DNA of 64,000 nucleotides, taken from contig CAYJJI010000002.1 in NCBI GenBank assembly GCA_964370475.1, positions 27,151 through 91,150 of the forward strand. The letters are read 5' to 3'. The DNA comes from an uncultured Muribaculaceae bacterium. Its GTDB lineage: Bacteria > Bacillota_I > Bacilli_A > RF39 > UBA660. The notes under the pieces were generated by a model. The model was not told where the DNA came from. It saw nothing but the letters and a program-made list of their open reading frames with translations, and did no database searches. Positions 1 through 8,578 of the stretch are shown here, one piece after another. A program made the translations under genes and the position numbers. Positions within the stretch are counted from its first letter, which is position 1. Each line of letters starts with the position of its first letter.

Positions 1-83
1 ATATCTATTAATTTACTATAAGTAGTGCCTTGTTCAACTGTTAAAGTTCCATTTCCTTTTATCATTATTTCTATTGTGTTCAT
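1..83 (-). CDS. 5' end of a CDS that runs off the left edge (product unknown)
   Basis: ATG at 83-81 with GAGGG about 6 nt upstream. Open frame MNTIEIMIKGNGTLTVEQGTTYSKLID continues to position 1. Too short to assign a product. Confidence 0.35.
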   Translation of the reverse strand, partial: MNTIEIMIKGNGTLTVEQGTTYSKLID

Positions 84-190
84 ATATTCCCTCTTAATCT
101 TATATATATTTTATCAAAATATTAATATTTTGTCATATTTTTTTACTAATATAATTGTAAATACTGTCTAAGATAGTAATAGGTGATTTT

Positions 191-754
191 ATGAATATTG
201 TTCCTAATATAATAGAAAAAAAATTTAATGGTGAATTTGTGTATGATTTATATAGTAGAATGCTTAAAGATAGGATTATTTTTATTACTGGAGAGATTAA
301 TGATATAACAAGTAATATTGTAGTTAGTGAGTTGTTGTATTTAGACTCATTGAATAACGATGATATTTACATTTATATTAACAGTCCTGGTGGTTCTGTT
401 ACTTCTGGGATGGCCATTGTGGATACAATGAATTTTGTCAACAGTAAAGTTAATACAATAGTTATAGGTATTGCTGCCTCTATGGCATCTTTGATTTTAG
501 CTTGTGGGAATGAAAGATCTGCTTTACCTAATAGTGAAATAATGATTCATCAACCACTAGGCGGTGTCAACGGACAAGCTACAGATATTAAAATAGCTGC
601 TGAAAGAATATTAAAACTAAAGGATAAATTAAATAAGTTACTAGCTCTTAAAACTAGTAACTCATTATCTAAAATTAAGAAGGACGTTGAACGAGACTAT
701 TACATGTCTTCTAACGAAGCTCTTAATTATGGTATTATTGACAAAATTTTATAA
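191..754 (+). CDS. clpP: ATP-dependent Clp protease proteolytic subunit
   Basis: 187 aa with the ClpP triad context: GIAASMAS (Ser), MIHQP (His), ERDYYMS (Asp). AGGTGA RBS lies upstream of the ATG. Confidence 0.95.
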   Translation: MNIVPNIIEKKFNGEFVYDLYSRMLKDRIIFITGEINDITSNIVVSELLYLDSLNNDDIYIYINSPGGSVTSGMAIVDTMNFVNSKVNTIVIGIAASMASLILACGNERSALPNSEIMIHQPLGGVNGQATDIKIAAERILKLKDKLNKLLALKTSNSLSKIKKDVERDYYMSSNEALNYGIIDKIL

Positions 755-2692
755 TTATGGATTAAATGTTATATTAATTTTATATGAAGCTGATACATCA
801 CTTGCATCTGCTGTTATTCCGATTCTAAAATGCAAACTGCTTGTTCCATTTAAATTATATGTGTAGCTTCCTGACCAGTTTGTATTAGTTCCATTCCAAG
901 CTACATCAATTTCTGTTCCATTTAGTTGTAAGTTACTATCTCCATCTTCACCAGTGTGATGATTTGTATAACTTTTTATGTATCTTATTGTCGCAGTTTT
1001 GTACAAACTCATATTTGGTACATTTGATGATGTTATATAATAATTTGAATAAATTCCTTTTCTTTTTCTTACAACTGATATAGTAAATTCTTTATAATAA
1101 AACGGACTTAATTTAGTACTTAATGTTTTACTTACCTCTTTTGTATTTCCTGCTTTATCATATATTTTCACTAATATATTATAATTAGATGAAGTTTTTA
1201 AATTAGTCATTGAATACGAAGCTGTTTCACTTGATGAATATATTATTTGTTGTAATACATTATTTGAATAAATTTCATATTTTTCTATCTCTCCGTAGCT
1301 ATCAGATCCTGTTATATTTATTTTAGCAGATGTTGTTGTTGTATCAGAAAATGCTATAGATACTGTTGGTATTTCTCTATCAATCTTTTTTTCTTCATAA
1401 TAGTTTTTATCGCTAAATGTTGCTTCCGTTATATTTTTAGCATTATCTATAGCGTAAATATAGTAATTACCATTATCTTTTAAATAGCCTGTATTTCCAT
1501 TGATTATATCCTTTTCTTCTACTTGATTATAATTTGTTATTCTATTTTTTGATATGTAATATCCCTTTATTCCTGATGCATCATTTCCTACATCTTCCCC
1601 ATTTAATGTTACTAATCTATTTTGGTTTGTCCAACTAGTACTTATCTGAACATTTATATTAGGTTTAGTAGTATCTACTTTTTGAATTTGAATTATTTTT
1701 GAAGATGTATTTCCTGCTTGATCACTTGCTATTATTTCGTAGTTTCCATTTTCAACTTCAATTATCTTAGTTCCGTTTGATTCTATTTTTATTGTACTGC
1801 CATTATTAGTAACGTTTTTTATTCCTGATCCTATATTTCCATCATTTACTTCTATGTTTAGTTCTCTTAAATAATTTGTCCATTCGCTATCATCATATTC
1901 AATATTTAGAAATGGAGCAGTTTTATCTATCTTTACTATCTTGGAATTAGTTTTTAGACCTGATGTGGTATTAATTGTAATATTGATAGTAGCTATTATG
2001 TTTTCTGATGATATTTTAACTATATTACTACAATTATTAACATCTATAGTTGCACCTGTTGTTATTCTACATATATTATTGTTTTCATCAACTAGTTTAG
2101 TTTCATTTATACCTGCTCCACTATAGATGAATTTTGCATCTGTTGCGTAGCTATATTCTCCATTATCTAGGAGGTGTGTTTCTATTATTACGTCTTTATT
2201 ACTCCAATCAACTTCATTAGTAGCTGCGTTGATATTTAGTTTTTCGCCAATCACATTTCCATCTATTTTGTATGCTGTAATACTAATATTAGAGTCTTTT
2301 TCCTCTTCTAATTTAACTTCACAACCAGTATATTCTTTATTGGTATATTCTGCATTTGGAATATTATTTTCAATATATATATCAATGTTATGACATATAA
2401 TGTTTTCATTTGATACAGGGTCTAATATTTCATTTGTCTTACCATCATCTGCACTTAAATATCCGTCATTTACCAGTTGCAATATTGGAATGCTAATTGG
2501 TGATGACAAGTTATTTTCGTCTGCCCATTTTTCTGCAGAAAGCTCAATTTGTGCTATTTTATTTAATCTTGCTTGTTCTTTGTTTTTTTCATTTATATTC
2601 AAGTACGATGGTATTGCAATAGCCATTATTATACCTAGTATTACTATAGCTACTAGTATCTCAACAATAGTAAAGCCCTTTTTATTCTCCAT
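755..2692 (-). CDS. Large modular type IV pilin-like protein (prepilin-type N-terminal cleavage/methylation signal plus 3 Ig-like modules plus C-terminal domain)
   Basis: N-terminus MENKKG|FTIVEILVAIVILGIIMAIAIP has Gly-1, Phe+1 and Glu+5. Three modules start K[IV]D...P and end in D-x-AGN / D-N-AKN. Paralogue of 24896-26863. Confidence 0.75.
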   Translation of the reverse strand: MENKKGFTIVEILVAIVILGIIMAIAIPSYLNINEKNKEQARLNKIAQIELSAEKWADENNLSSPISIPILQLVNDGYLSADDGKTNEILDPVSNENIICHNIDIYIENNIPNAEYTNKEYTGCEVKLEEEKDSNISITAYKIDGNVIGEKLNINAATNEVDWSNKDVIIETHLLDNGEYSYATDAKFIYSGAGINETKLVDENNNICRITTGATIDVNNCSNIVKISSENIIATINITINTTSGLKTNSKIVKIDKTAPFLNIEYDDSEWTNYLRELNIEVNDGNIGSGIKNVTNNGSTIKIESNGTKIIEVENGNYEIIASDQAGNTSSKIIQIQKVDTTKPNINVQISTSWTNQNRLVTLNGEDVGNDASGIKGYYISKNRITNYNQVEEKDIINGNTGYLKDNGNYYIYAIDNAKNITEATFSDKNYYEEKKIDREIPTVSIAFSDTTTTSAKINITGSDSYGEIEKYEIYSNNVLQQIIYSSSETASYSMTNLKTSSNYNILVKIYDKAGNTKEVSKTLSTKLSPFYYKEFTISVVRKRKGIYSNYYITSSNVPNMSLYKTATIRYIKSYTNHHTGEDGDSNLQLNGTEIDVAWNGTNTNWSGSYTYNLNGTSSLHFRIGITADASDVSASYKINITFNP

Positions 2693-2699
2693 ACATACC

Positions 2700-3626
2700 T
2701 CATTTATTTGATTGATGATTTTTAATTATTTTATTTATTTTTATAAAATAATGGTTTATTCCTGATTTACCTATTTTTTTACCAGTTTCTTCTGTTATTA
2801 TTTCTGCTAATTCGCTGTAAGATGCTTCTGGGTATTTTTCTCTATAATCAATTATTTCTTTTGTTCTATCGTCAATTATATCATATAAATCAAATTCTTT
2901 TAAATATTTTATATTTTCTAAGTGACTTAATCCTGTTTTTATTATTTTTTCTTGATTTGCTATTTCACAGTTATTTAATCTATTTACCATATTTTTATGA
3001 TCTCTATATATCCTTATATCTTCATAATAAAATAAAGCATTGTTTACGTTGAACATTTTTAAAATATCACTTATCATTTCTGCGTTTTTTAAATATACCA
3101 TATAATTATTTGTTCTTTTAATAAATTTAAATATTATATTAATGTCTTTAAATAGCTTAATTATAAATAATACTTCTTTTTTTGTTTTTATAAAAAATTC
3201 TAAATGATAACCACTATTTTGTGGGTTGTTAATGCTTCCTGAAGATAAAAATAATCCTTTGATGTAAGCTATTTTTTCTTCATCAGATTCTAATAAAAAT
3301 TCTTTTGCACTTGTCTTTTTTTGATGATATGTAATGTTTAGTTTTTCTAAGATATTTTTTGTATTATTATTAATTTGTAAAATATAGAGATTTTTTTCTT
3401 TGAATTTTTTATCAATTCTATTTGTTATTGTCGGAGTAATATTTAGAGTCATTTTAAGTGACTTATATATCAATCTTGCAACTGATGCATTTTCCATAAC
3501 TAGTTCTATTTGATTTGAAGTTATTTTACCATCATATCTTATAAACGATGATAGCAGAGCTATTGTTTCTATGTTGTTAAAGTTTTGTTTTGATATTTCT
3601 TCTTTGATACTTGTTGTGAAAGTCAT
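2700..3626 (-). CDS. whiA: DNA-binding sporulation/cell-division regulator WhiA
   Basis: 308 aa. The N-terminus MTFTTSIKEEISK... and overall LAGLIDADG-like plus C-terminal HTH layout are typical of Firmicute WhiA/YvcL. GGAGG RBS present. Confidence 0.88.
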   Translation of the reverse strand: MTFTTSIKEEISKQNFNNIETIALLSSFIRYDGKITSNQIELVMENASVARLIYKSLKMTLNITPTITNRIDKKFKEKNLYILQINNNTKNILEKLNITYHQKKTSAKEFLLESDEEKIAYIKGLFLSSGSINNPQNSGYHLEFFIKTKKEVLFIIKLFKDINIIFKFIKRTNNYMVYLKNAEMISDILKMFNVNNALFYYEDIRIYRDHKNMVNRLNNCEIANQEKIIKTGLSHLENIKYLKEFDLYDIIDDRTKEIIDYREKYPEASYSELAEIITEETGKKIGKSGINHYFIKINKIIKNHQSNK

Positions 3627-3634
3627 ATTTCCTC

Positions 3635-3724
3635 CTATATAAAGTTTGTTGAAATAATTATCCCTAGGATAATTATTATGATTATTTCTATTATAATTAT
3701 TAACGTTCTTTTGTGTTTTTTCAT
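3635..3724 (-). CDS. Candidate 29-aa hydrophobic micro-protein upstream of whiA
   Basis: ATG at 3724 with GGTG RBS. Translation is MKKHKRTLIIIIEIIIIIILGIIISTNFI, a basic head followed by a single TM-like segment. Its stop TAG (3637-3635) overlaps the whiA GGAGG RBS. Too short for the ORF track. Confidence 0.3.
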   Translation of the reverse strand: MKKHKRTLIIIIEIIIIIILGIIISTNFI

Positions 3725-3744
3725 TTGTTTCACACCTTTATTTT

Positions 3745-3773
3745 ATTTTATATTTTATACTTATAATTGTCAA
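3745..3773 (-). promoter_or_regulatory. Sigma-A type promoter for the micro-ORF/whiA/pilin-like transcription unit
   Basis: On the - strand: TTGACA (3773-3768), 17-nt spacer, TAAAAT (3750-3745). It sits directly after the ftsEX-M23 terminator. Confidence 0.5.
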
Positions 3774-3774
3774 T

Positions 3775-3797
3775 AAAAAAGATAGATTTCTCTATCT
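3775..3797 (-). terminator. Rho-independent terminator of the ftsE-ftsX-M23 operon
   Basis: - strand AGATAGA-GAAA-TCTATCT (7-bp stem) followed by a T-run. The hairpin overlaps the stop codon at 3792-3794. Confidence 0.6.
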
Positions 3798-5003
3798 TGA
3801 ATACCAGTAAGTCCTTCTTGAAGGATACCAACTGTTAGTGTTAACACTATTGGCTAAATATGTACTCCAACTACTGTAATCCACTCCATAATGACCTTTA
3901 CTAACGTTATAATGAAGATGAGTTCCTGTTGTACACCTATCATATCCTCCATTGGCTGTTGAAGTTGATCCTCCACCCATTTTTCCAATTACTGTATTAG
4001 TATCTACAGTTTGTCCTTCTTTAACATTAACTGTTAATAAATGGGCAAATTCTAATGTGTAATCTATGCCATTAACATTAACGAAGACAAATACCATGTT
4101 TCCTCCACATGAACTGAATGTTACGTTTGATACTCTTCCGTTTGCAGTTGCATATATCGTAGTTCCTTCCGGTACTCCACCAACATCAACTGCAGCGTGT
4201 CCTTCTACTTTTCCTGTTATAGGACTAATTCTAACTCCCCATGAACTTGTAATATAACCTTTTGTTGTAGGTTTTAACCATCCATATGATGTTCCTATTG
4301 TTGTACAAGTTGAAACATTAACTGTTTCACTTGGACAAATACCAACATAATATTTAATTAAGTTTTCTTGATTTTTTATTTGGCTATCTATATCTAAGTT
4401 AACATCATTTATAGTTGATAATTCACCGTTTAATTTATCAAGTTCTTTACTTATTTCAATTATAGTAGAATCAAGTTCAATTGTTCTTTGATTTAACTCT
4501 TCTTTTAATTTTGTATTTTCTTCTATCAGTATATTAAGAGAGTCTATAGTTTTATCAGTGTATTCTGTTATTTGGTCTACTGCTTCAAGTCTTCTTACTA
4601 GATCTTGAATGCTTTTTGCATCTGAGATGTAATCACTATATATATCATCTCCTTTTGTTAACTGATAATATCTTAATAGTGCTTCTATTTCTTTATTTAA
4701 TTGTTCTATTTTTGCTTCTGATTCAGCTATTTTAACATTAGCTTCTTCAATATCTATTTCTATTTCTTCTTGCTCTAAACGCATGTTGTAAATATTATTA
4801 TTAACTGCATCTATTTCAGCTTGTGTTAAATCTTTTGCATTTTCAATTCTAGTTTTTTCATCGTTTAAATCTTGTAGATATTGTCTCATATCTTGAATAG
4901 TTTGGCCTGAATTAGCTTTAACCATTATTGGAGCAAAATAAGGGAATATCATAGCTAATATTAGTATAACACTGATTATATTATTAAGTTTTTTTTGCAT
5001 CAT
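3792..5003 (-). CDS. Secreted coiled-coil M23/LytM peptidoglycan hydrolase (FtsEX-associated type, EnvC/PcsB-like architecture)
   Basis: Signal/TM segment, then about 200 aa of heptad-rich coiled coil, then a LytM domain with HAAVD and GTHLHYNV metal motifs. Overlaps the ftsX stop by 4 nt. Confidence 0.85.
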   Translation of the reverse strand: MMQKKLNNIISVILILAMIFPYFAPIMVKANSGQTIQDMRQYLQDLNDEKTRIENAKDLTQAEIDAVNNNIYNMRLEQEEIEIDIEEANVKIAESEAKIEQLNKEIEALLRYYQLTKGDDIYSDYISDAKSIQDLVRRLEAVDQITEYTDKTIDSLNILIEENTKLKEELNQRTIELDSTIIEISKELDKLNGELSTINDVNLDIDSQIKNQENLIKYYVGICPSETVNVSTCTTIGTSYGWLKPTTKGYITSSWGVRISPITGKVEGHAAVDVGGVPEGTTIYATANGRVSNVTFSSCGGNMVFVFVNVNGIDYTLEFAHLLTVNVKEGQTVDTNTVIGKMGGGSTSTANGGYDRCTTGTHLHYNVSKGHYGVDYSSWSTYLANSVNTNSWYPSRRTYWYSR

Positions 5004-5899
5004 ATTTTCAAATACTTTCTTACCGCTCTATAACTACCAAACATTCCTACTATTCCACCTAACGCTAATAATGTTAGTGCTATGTAGAATATAAAGTATG
5101 TAGGGTTAATTAGAGGGATTATATTTGAATACACGAATCCGTTTAGTTCTTCGTATAAAATGAAATACCCATATACTGTTGTTACAACTGGTATTATTGA
5201 ACCAATAATACCTAATATTAAACCTTCAAATAAGAAAGGTAATCTAATAATTAAATTTGGTGTTCCAACCAATCTCATTATTTCTATTTCACTTCTTCTT
5301 GAAAATATCGTTAATTTAATAGTGTTACTAATTAAGAATACTGTAACAATTACTAATGCTCCAACTATTATTATTGTAACTGTCTCTATTACATCAAATG
5401 CTTTGATAAAGCTTTCTGCTTTACCTTCTCCGTATTTAGCTGCGAAAACATTATCTAACATTTCTATATCTGTACTTGTTTTTTTCAAGAGATTTACATC
5501 TTCTACTTTTATTTCAAACGAATCTCTTAATGGATTAGTTTCTAAAGTTTCTAGTATTGCTCCTATATCTTCTGATTCGTTTTCTAAATCAGCTTTCCAT
5601 TCATCGTTACTTATAAATACAACATTTTCTTCTTCAATGTTATCAAGTGCTATTATTTGGCTTTTTAGTGTTGCCACTTGTTCTTCTGTTAAATCTTGTT
5701 CTAAAAATACATCGATTGTTAAATCACTTTCTAGTTCTCTTGTAGCATTATTTACGTTAAATGACATCACCAATGCTACTGCTACTATAATTAAAGTTAT
5801 CGTTGAGCAAGCTATTGATGCTAGGCTTAAACTGAAATTTCTTCCAACACTTTTAAAAGCGTCGCGAATGTTTACTTTTAAAATTCTAAATACTTTCAT
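5000..5899 (-). CDS. ftsX: Cell division permease-like protein FtsX
   Basis: 299 aa: TM1, a large extracytoplasmic loop, then 3 C-terminal TMs. Translationally coupled downstream of ftsE. Confidence 0.9.
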   Translation of the reverse strand: MKVFRILKVNIRDAFKSVGRNFSLSLASIACSTITLIIVAVALVMSFNVNNATRELESDLTIDVFLEQDLTEEQVATLKSQIIALDNIEEENVVFISNDEWKADLENESEDIGAILETLETNPLRDSFEIKVEDVNLLKKTSTDIEMLDNVFAAKYGEGKAESFIKAFDVIETVTIIIVGALVIVTVFLISNTIKLTIFSRRSEIEIMRLVGTPNLIIRLPFLFEGLILGIIGSIIPVVTTVYGYFILYEELNGFVYSNIIPLINPTYFIFYIALTLLALGGIVGMFGSYRAVRKYLKI

Positions 5900-6587
5900 T
5901 TACCTTGTACTTTCCTTTCGCTTGATCTCCAACTAAACTACCATTTTCAATTGAAAGAACTCTTTTTTTCATTCTATTTACTATATCTTTGTCATGAGTA
6001 GCCATAATGATTGTTGTTTCTAATTCTTTGTTAATTGAATCTAAAACTTTCATTATTTCCATAGATGTTTCTGGATCTAAGTTTCCTGTTGGTTCATCAC
6101 ATATTAACAATTTAGGTTCGTTTACTATTGCTCTTGCTATACAAACTCTTTGTTGTTCTCCTCCTGACAATTGATTTGGAAATGATCTGATTTTTTCTTT
6201 TAGTCCTACTCTTTCTAATGATTTAAGAACCATTTTTTTGATTTCTTCTTTTTTCATTCCCATTGTTTCTAGTGCAAATGCTACATTTTCGTACACTGTT
6301 AGTTTTGGAAGTAATTTAAAATCTTGAAATACTATTCCTAATTTTCTTCTTAATTTGTAAACTTTTCTGTTTTTTAAACTTGAAATATTTATTCCTCCAA
6401 CATTAACTTCTCCTTTTGTTGGTTTTTCTTCTCTATATAACATTTTAATCAAAGTTGATTTTCCACTACCACTTGAACCGATTAAAAAGACGAATTCTCC
6501 TTTTTTTATTTCTAAGGTTAAATTCGCAACTGCTGTTACTCCATTTGAATAAACTTTGTAACAATTTTTTATTTCAATAAACTTCAT
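5886..6587 (-). CDS. ftsE: Cell division ATP-binding protein FtsE
   Basis: ABC ATPase with Walker A GSSGSGKST, signature LSGGEQQR and Walker B LLICDEPT. Adjacent to ftsX. Confidence 0.95.
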   Translation of the reverse strand: MKFIEIKNCYKVYSNGVTAVANLTLEIKKGEFVFLIGSSGSGKSTLIKMLYREEKPTKGEVNVGGINISSLKNRKVYKLRRKLGIVFQDFKLLPKLTVYENVAFALETMGMKKEEIKKMVLKSLERVGLKEKIRSFPNQLSGGEQQRVCIARAIVNEPKLLICDEPTGNLDPETSMEIMKVLDSINKELETTIIMATHDKDIVNRMKKRVLSIENGSLVGDQAKGKYKVNESI

Positions 6588-6589
6588 TA

Positions 6590-7543
6590 CTATACCACCT
6601 TATCATTTTTTATTATAACACTATCTTCATCATAATTAAATGGTAAATTATCCCTCTTTTTACCACCACTTACTTCATAACAATCATTTATTACAAAAAA
6701 TGCTCCTGGATCTATTTCTAATATTGATTCTTTAAATAAGAAGTAATCTCTATTTGATACTACACACATAATCATATGTTTTTTATTTTTGGAATATCCA
6801 CCTTCTGCTTTTATCATAGTAACTCCTGTGTTCATTACATTTATGATAAATTCTTCTATTTCTTTTTCTTTTTTTGTATAAATAAAGAACATTTTACTAT
6901 CTGATATTCCTATTAAGATTCTATCAACTAGCGTCGATGAAATGAATAGTAAGATTAGGGTGTATAAAAGTTTTTCTATTCCAAATACAAACCCACCTAT
7001 TATTACTATTGTTCCATTTATTAAAATACCACCTTTACCCATTGTTATTTTTAGGTATTTATTAGCTATAAGAATAATTATATCACTACCACCCGTACTG
7101 TATCCTGATTTATAAATTATACCCATTGATAAACCTACTAATCCTCCAGCTACTAATGTAATTAGCAGCATTGAATCGAAAATAAAATATTTTACTAAAG
7201 GTGCTGTAAACCCTGATGTAATTTCTATGAATAGTGGTAATACTAGCGCTCCGATAATACTTTTTTTTGTAGTATCTGCTCCTAGAAATATAAATCCTAA
7301 CGTAACAGTAAATATATTAAATAATAAAATTGTTATTGAAGGGTTTATTTTGAATAAGTAATCTAAGATTACTCCTGTACCACTTGCTCCACCTATAACG
7401 AAGTTATTTTCCAAAAGGATGATGTTAAAACTTATTGCTAATAAGAATAAACCTGATAACATCATCAAGTTTCTTAAAACGAAGTTTTTTTTGTTTATTT
7501 TTTTTAGGATATCTTTGTAATCTATTTTCATATCATTCACCAT
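6590..7543 (-). CDS. YitT-family membrane protein (DUF2179 C-terminal domain)
   Basis: Multi-TM N-terminal part with GGASGTG / GGSDI motifs and a soluble C-terminal domain. Paralogue at 30962-31822. Confidence 0.8.
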   Translation of the reverse strand: MVNDMKIDYKDILKKINKKNFVLRNLMMLSGLFLLAISFNIILLENNFVIGGASGTGVILDYLFKINPSITILLFNIFTVTLGFIFLGADTTKKSIIGALVLPLFIEITSGFTAPLVKYFIFDSMLLITLVAGGLVGLSMGIIYKSGYSTGGSDIIILIANKYLKITMGKGGILINGTIVIIGGFVFGIEKLLYTLILLFISSTLVDRILIGISDSKMFFIYTKKEKEIEEFIINVMNTGVTMIKAEGGYSKNKKHMIMCVVSNRDYFLFKESILEIDPGAFFVINDCYEVSGGKKRDNLPFNYDEDSVIIKNDKVV

Positions 7544-7597
7544 TTATATTATACTATATTTTTAGATTATTGCATATGTTTTAATGAGGTGATATAC

Positions 7598-7963
7598 ATG
7601 AATGGTAATTTTTATCAAAATCCTACTTTTCCTGGAAACAATAATCCTAAAGGAAATTATGATTTGAATGAAAATGTTGAAGGTAGTGTGATATTAGATA
7701 TGGAGCAAAGTTATATAGAAAATATAATTAGATTAAATAAAGGCAAAAAAGTTAAAGCTTATGTTTCTTTTCCTGATTCTAATACTTGGAAAGATAAAAT
7801 TTTTGAAGGTGTGATAGAAGAATCTGGAAGAGATCATTTAATCATAAGTAATACTAAAAATGGGGAATGGTATTTAATATTAATGGTTTATTTGAATTAT
7901 ATAGAATTTGATGAACGTATTAATTATATTAGTTCTTACAATAATACTTATAATAAAATGTAA
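7598..7963 (+). CDS. gerQ: Spore coat protein GerQ-like
   Basis: ATG at 7598 lies 6 nt after GAGGTG (the track start at 7589 is GTG). The core SYIENIIRLNKGKKVKAYVSF...GRDHLIIS...WYLILMVYLNYIEFDE matches my recollection of the GerQ/YwdL conserved domain. Confidence 0.55.
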   Translation: MNGNFYQNPTFPGNNNPKGNYDLNENVEGSVILDMEQSYIENIIRLNKGKKVKAYVSFPDSNTWKDKIFEGVIEESGRDHLIISNTKNGEWYLILMVYLNYIEFDERINYISSYNNTYNKM

Positions 7964-8032
7964 ATAGAAAATCAAATTATTTGATTTTTTTTCTACTTTA
8001 GATTATATTTAATATATGATGGAGTTGAGAAT

Positions 8033-8578
8033 ATGGCAGTTATAATATTTTTCTTTTTACTGGTTGCAGTAGTTTGTTCTGGAGGTATCTTTTATATTAT
8101 TAATTATAACAAGTTAATGGATTACCATTCTAAATTAGAACATTCTGAAGCTTTAATCGATGATAATTTGAGAGATAAGTATGATTTTTTAGGAGAAATT
8201 AATGTTCAATTATCTTCTGTTTTGGATAATAAAAAAAGTTATCTAAAAGGATTTGATACTTTAAGAGATGAAAGAATTACTAACTTTGATTTTGATAGAA
8301 AGTTAGTTGAATATGTTGGTGTTATTAATCAGTTAAATGAAGATTTTATTGAAGTTAGTCAAGATAAAGAGATTAAAAAATTATTAAAAAACATCAAAGA
8401 AATTGATGAAAGATTAAATGCTACTAAGCAATATTATAATAGATATACTGCTTTAAATAATAGAATTGTTAGAATTTTCCCTACTAATATTATTTCTAAT
8501 ATTCATAAGGTTGATGTTAGACCATTTTATGATGGCAAAGATATGACCGATGATATTGTGGATGATTTTAAGATTTGA
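8033..8578 (+). CDS. lemA: LemA-family membrane protein
   Basis: 181 aa with an N-terminal TM followed by the helical LemA pattern (YNKL...D..L..R.D......QYYN.....N). Confidence 0.75.
   Translation: MAVIIFFFLLVAVVCSGGIFYIINYNKLMDYHSKLEHSEALIDDNLRDKYDFLGEINVQLSSVLDNKKSYLKGFDTLRDERITNFDFDRKLVEYVGVINQLNEDFIEVSQDKEIKKLLKNIKEIDERLNATKQYYNRYTALNNRIVRIFPTNIISNIHKVDVRPFYDGKDMTDDIVDDFKI

Noticed and set aside
84-190. CtsR operator or heat-shock control element upstream of clpP.
   Set aside because: There is no GGTCAAA direct repeat. The only promoter-like hexamers there have poor spacing, so no regulatory site is called.
3726-3741. Possible parS site (TGTTTCAC...).
   Set aside because: Only the left half-site matches TGTTNCACGTGAAACA, and the right half (ACCTTTAT) does not. 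I did not find a full parS palindrome by eye anywhere in the window, but a systematic pattern search was not possible.
5160-5936. Long + strand ORF (258 aa). Similar antisense ORFs occur in the track at 1941-2126, 2400-2711, 2822-3052, 4066-4257, 8782-8964, 10604-10807, 11167-11433, 12464-12694, 15356-15556, 15740-15931, 17533-17919, 19570-20193, 21469-21714, 25953-26522, 26891-27232, 28049-28285, 33050-33349, 38869-39337, 43989-44456, 45372-45626, 58199-58825 and 59469-59893, among others.
   Set aside because: Each lies entirely antisense to, or out of frame within, a confidently recognised gene. None has a convincing RBS. They translate to low-complexity Ser/Ile/Leu/Phe-rich strings typical of shadow frames in AT-rich genomes.
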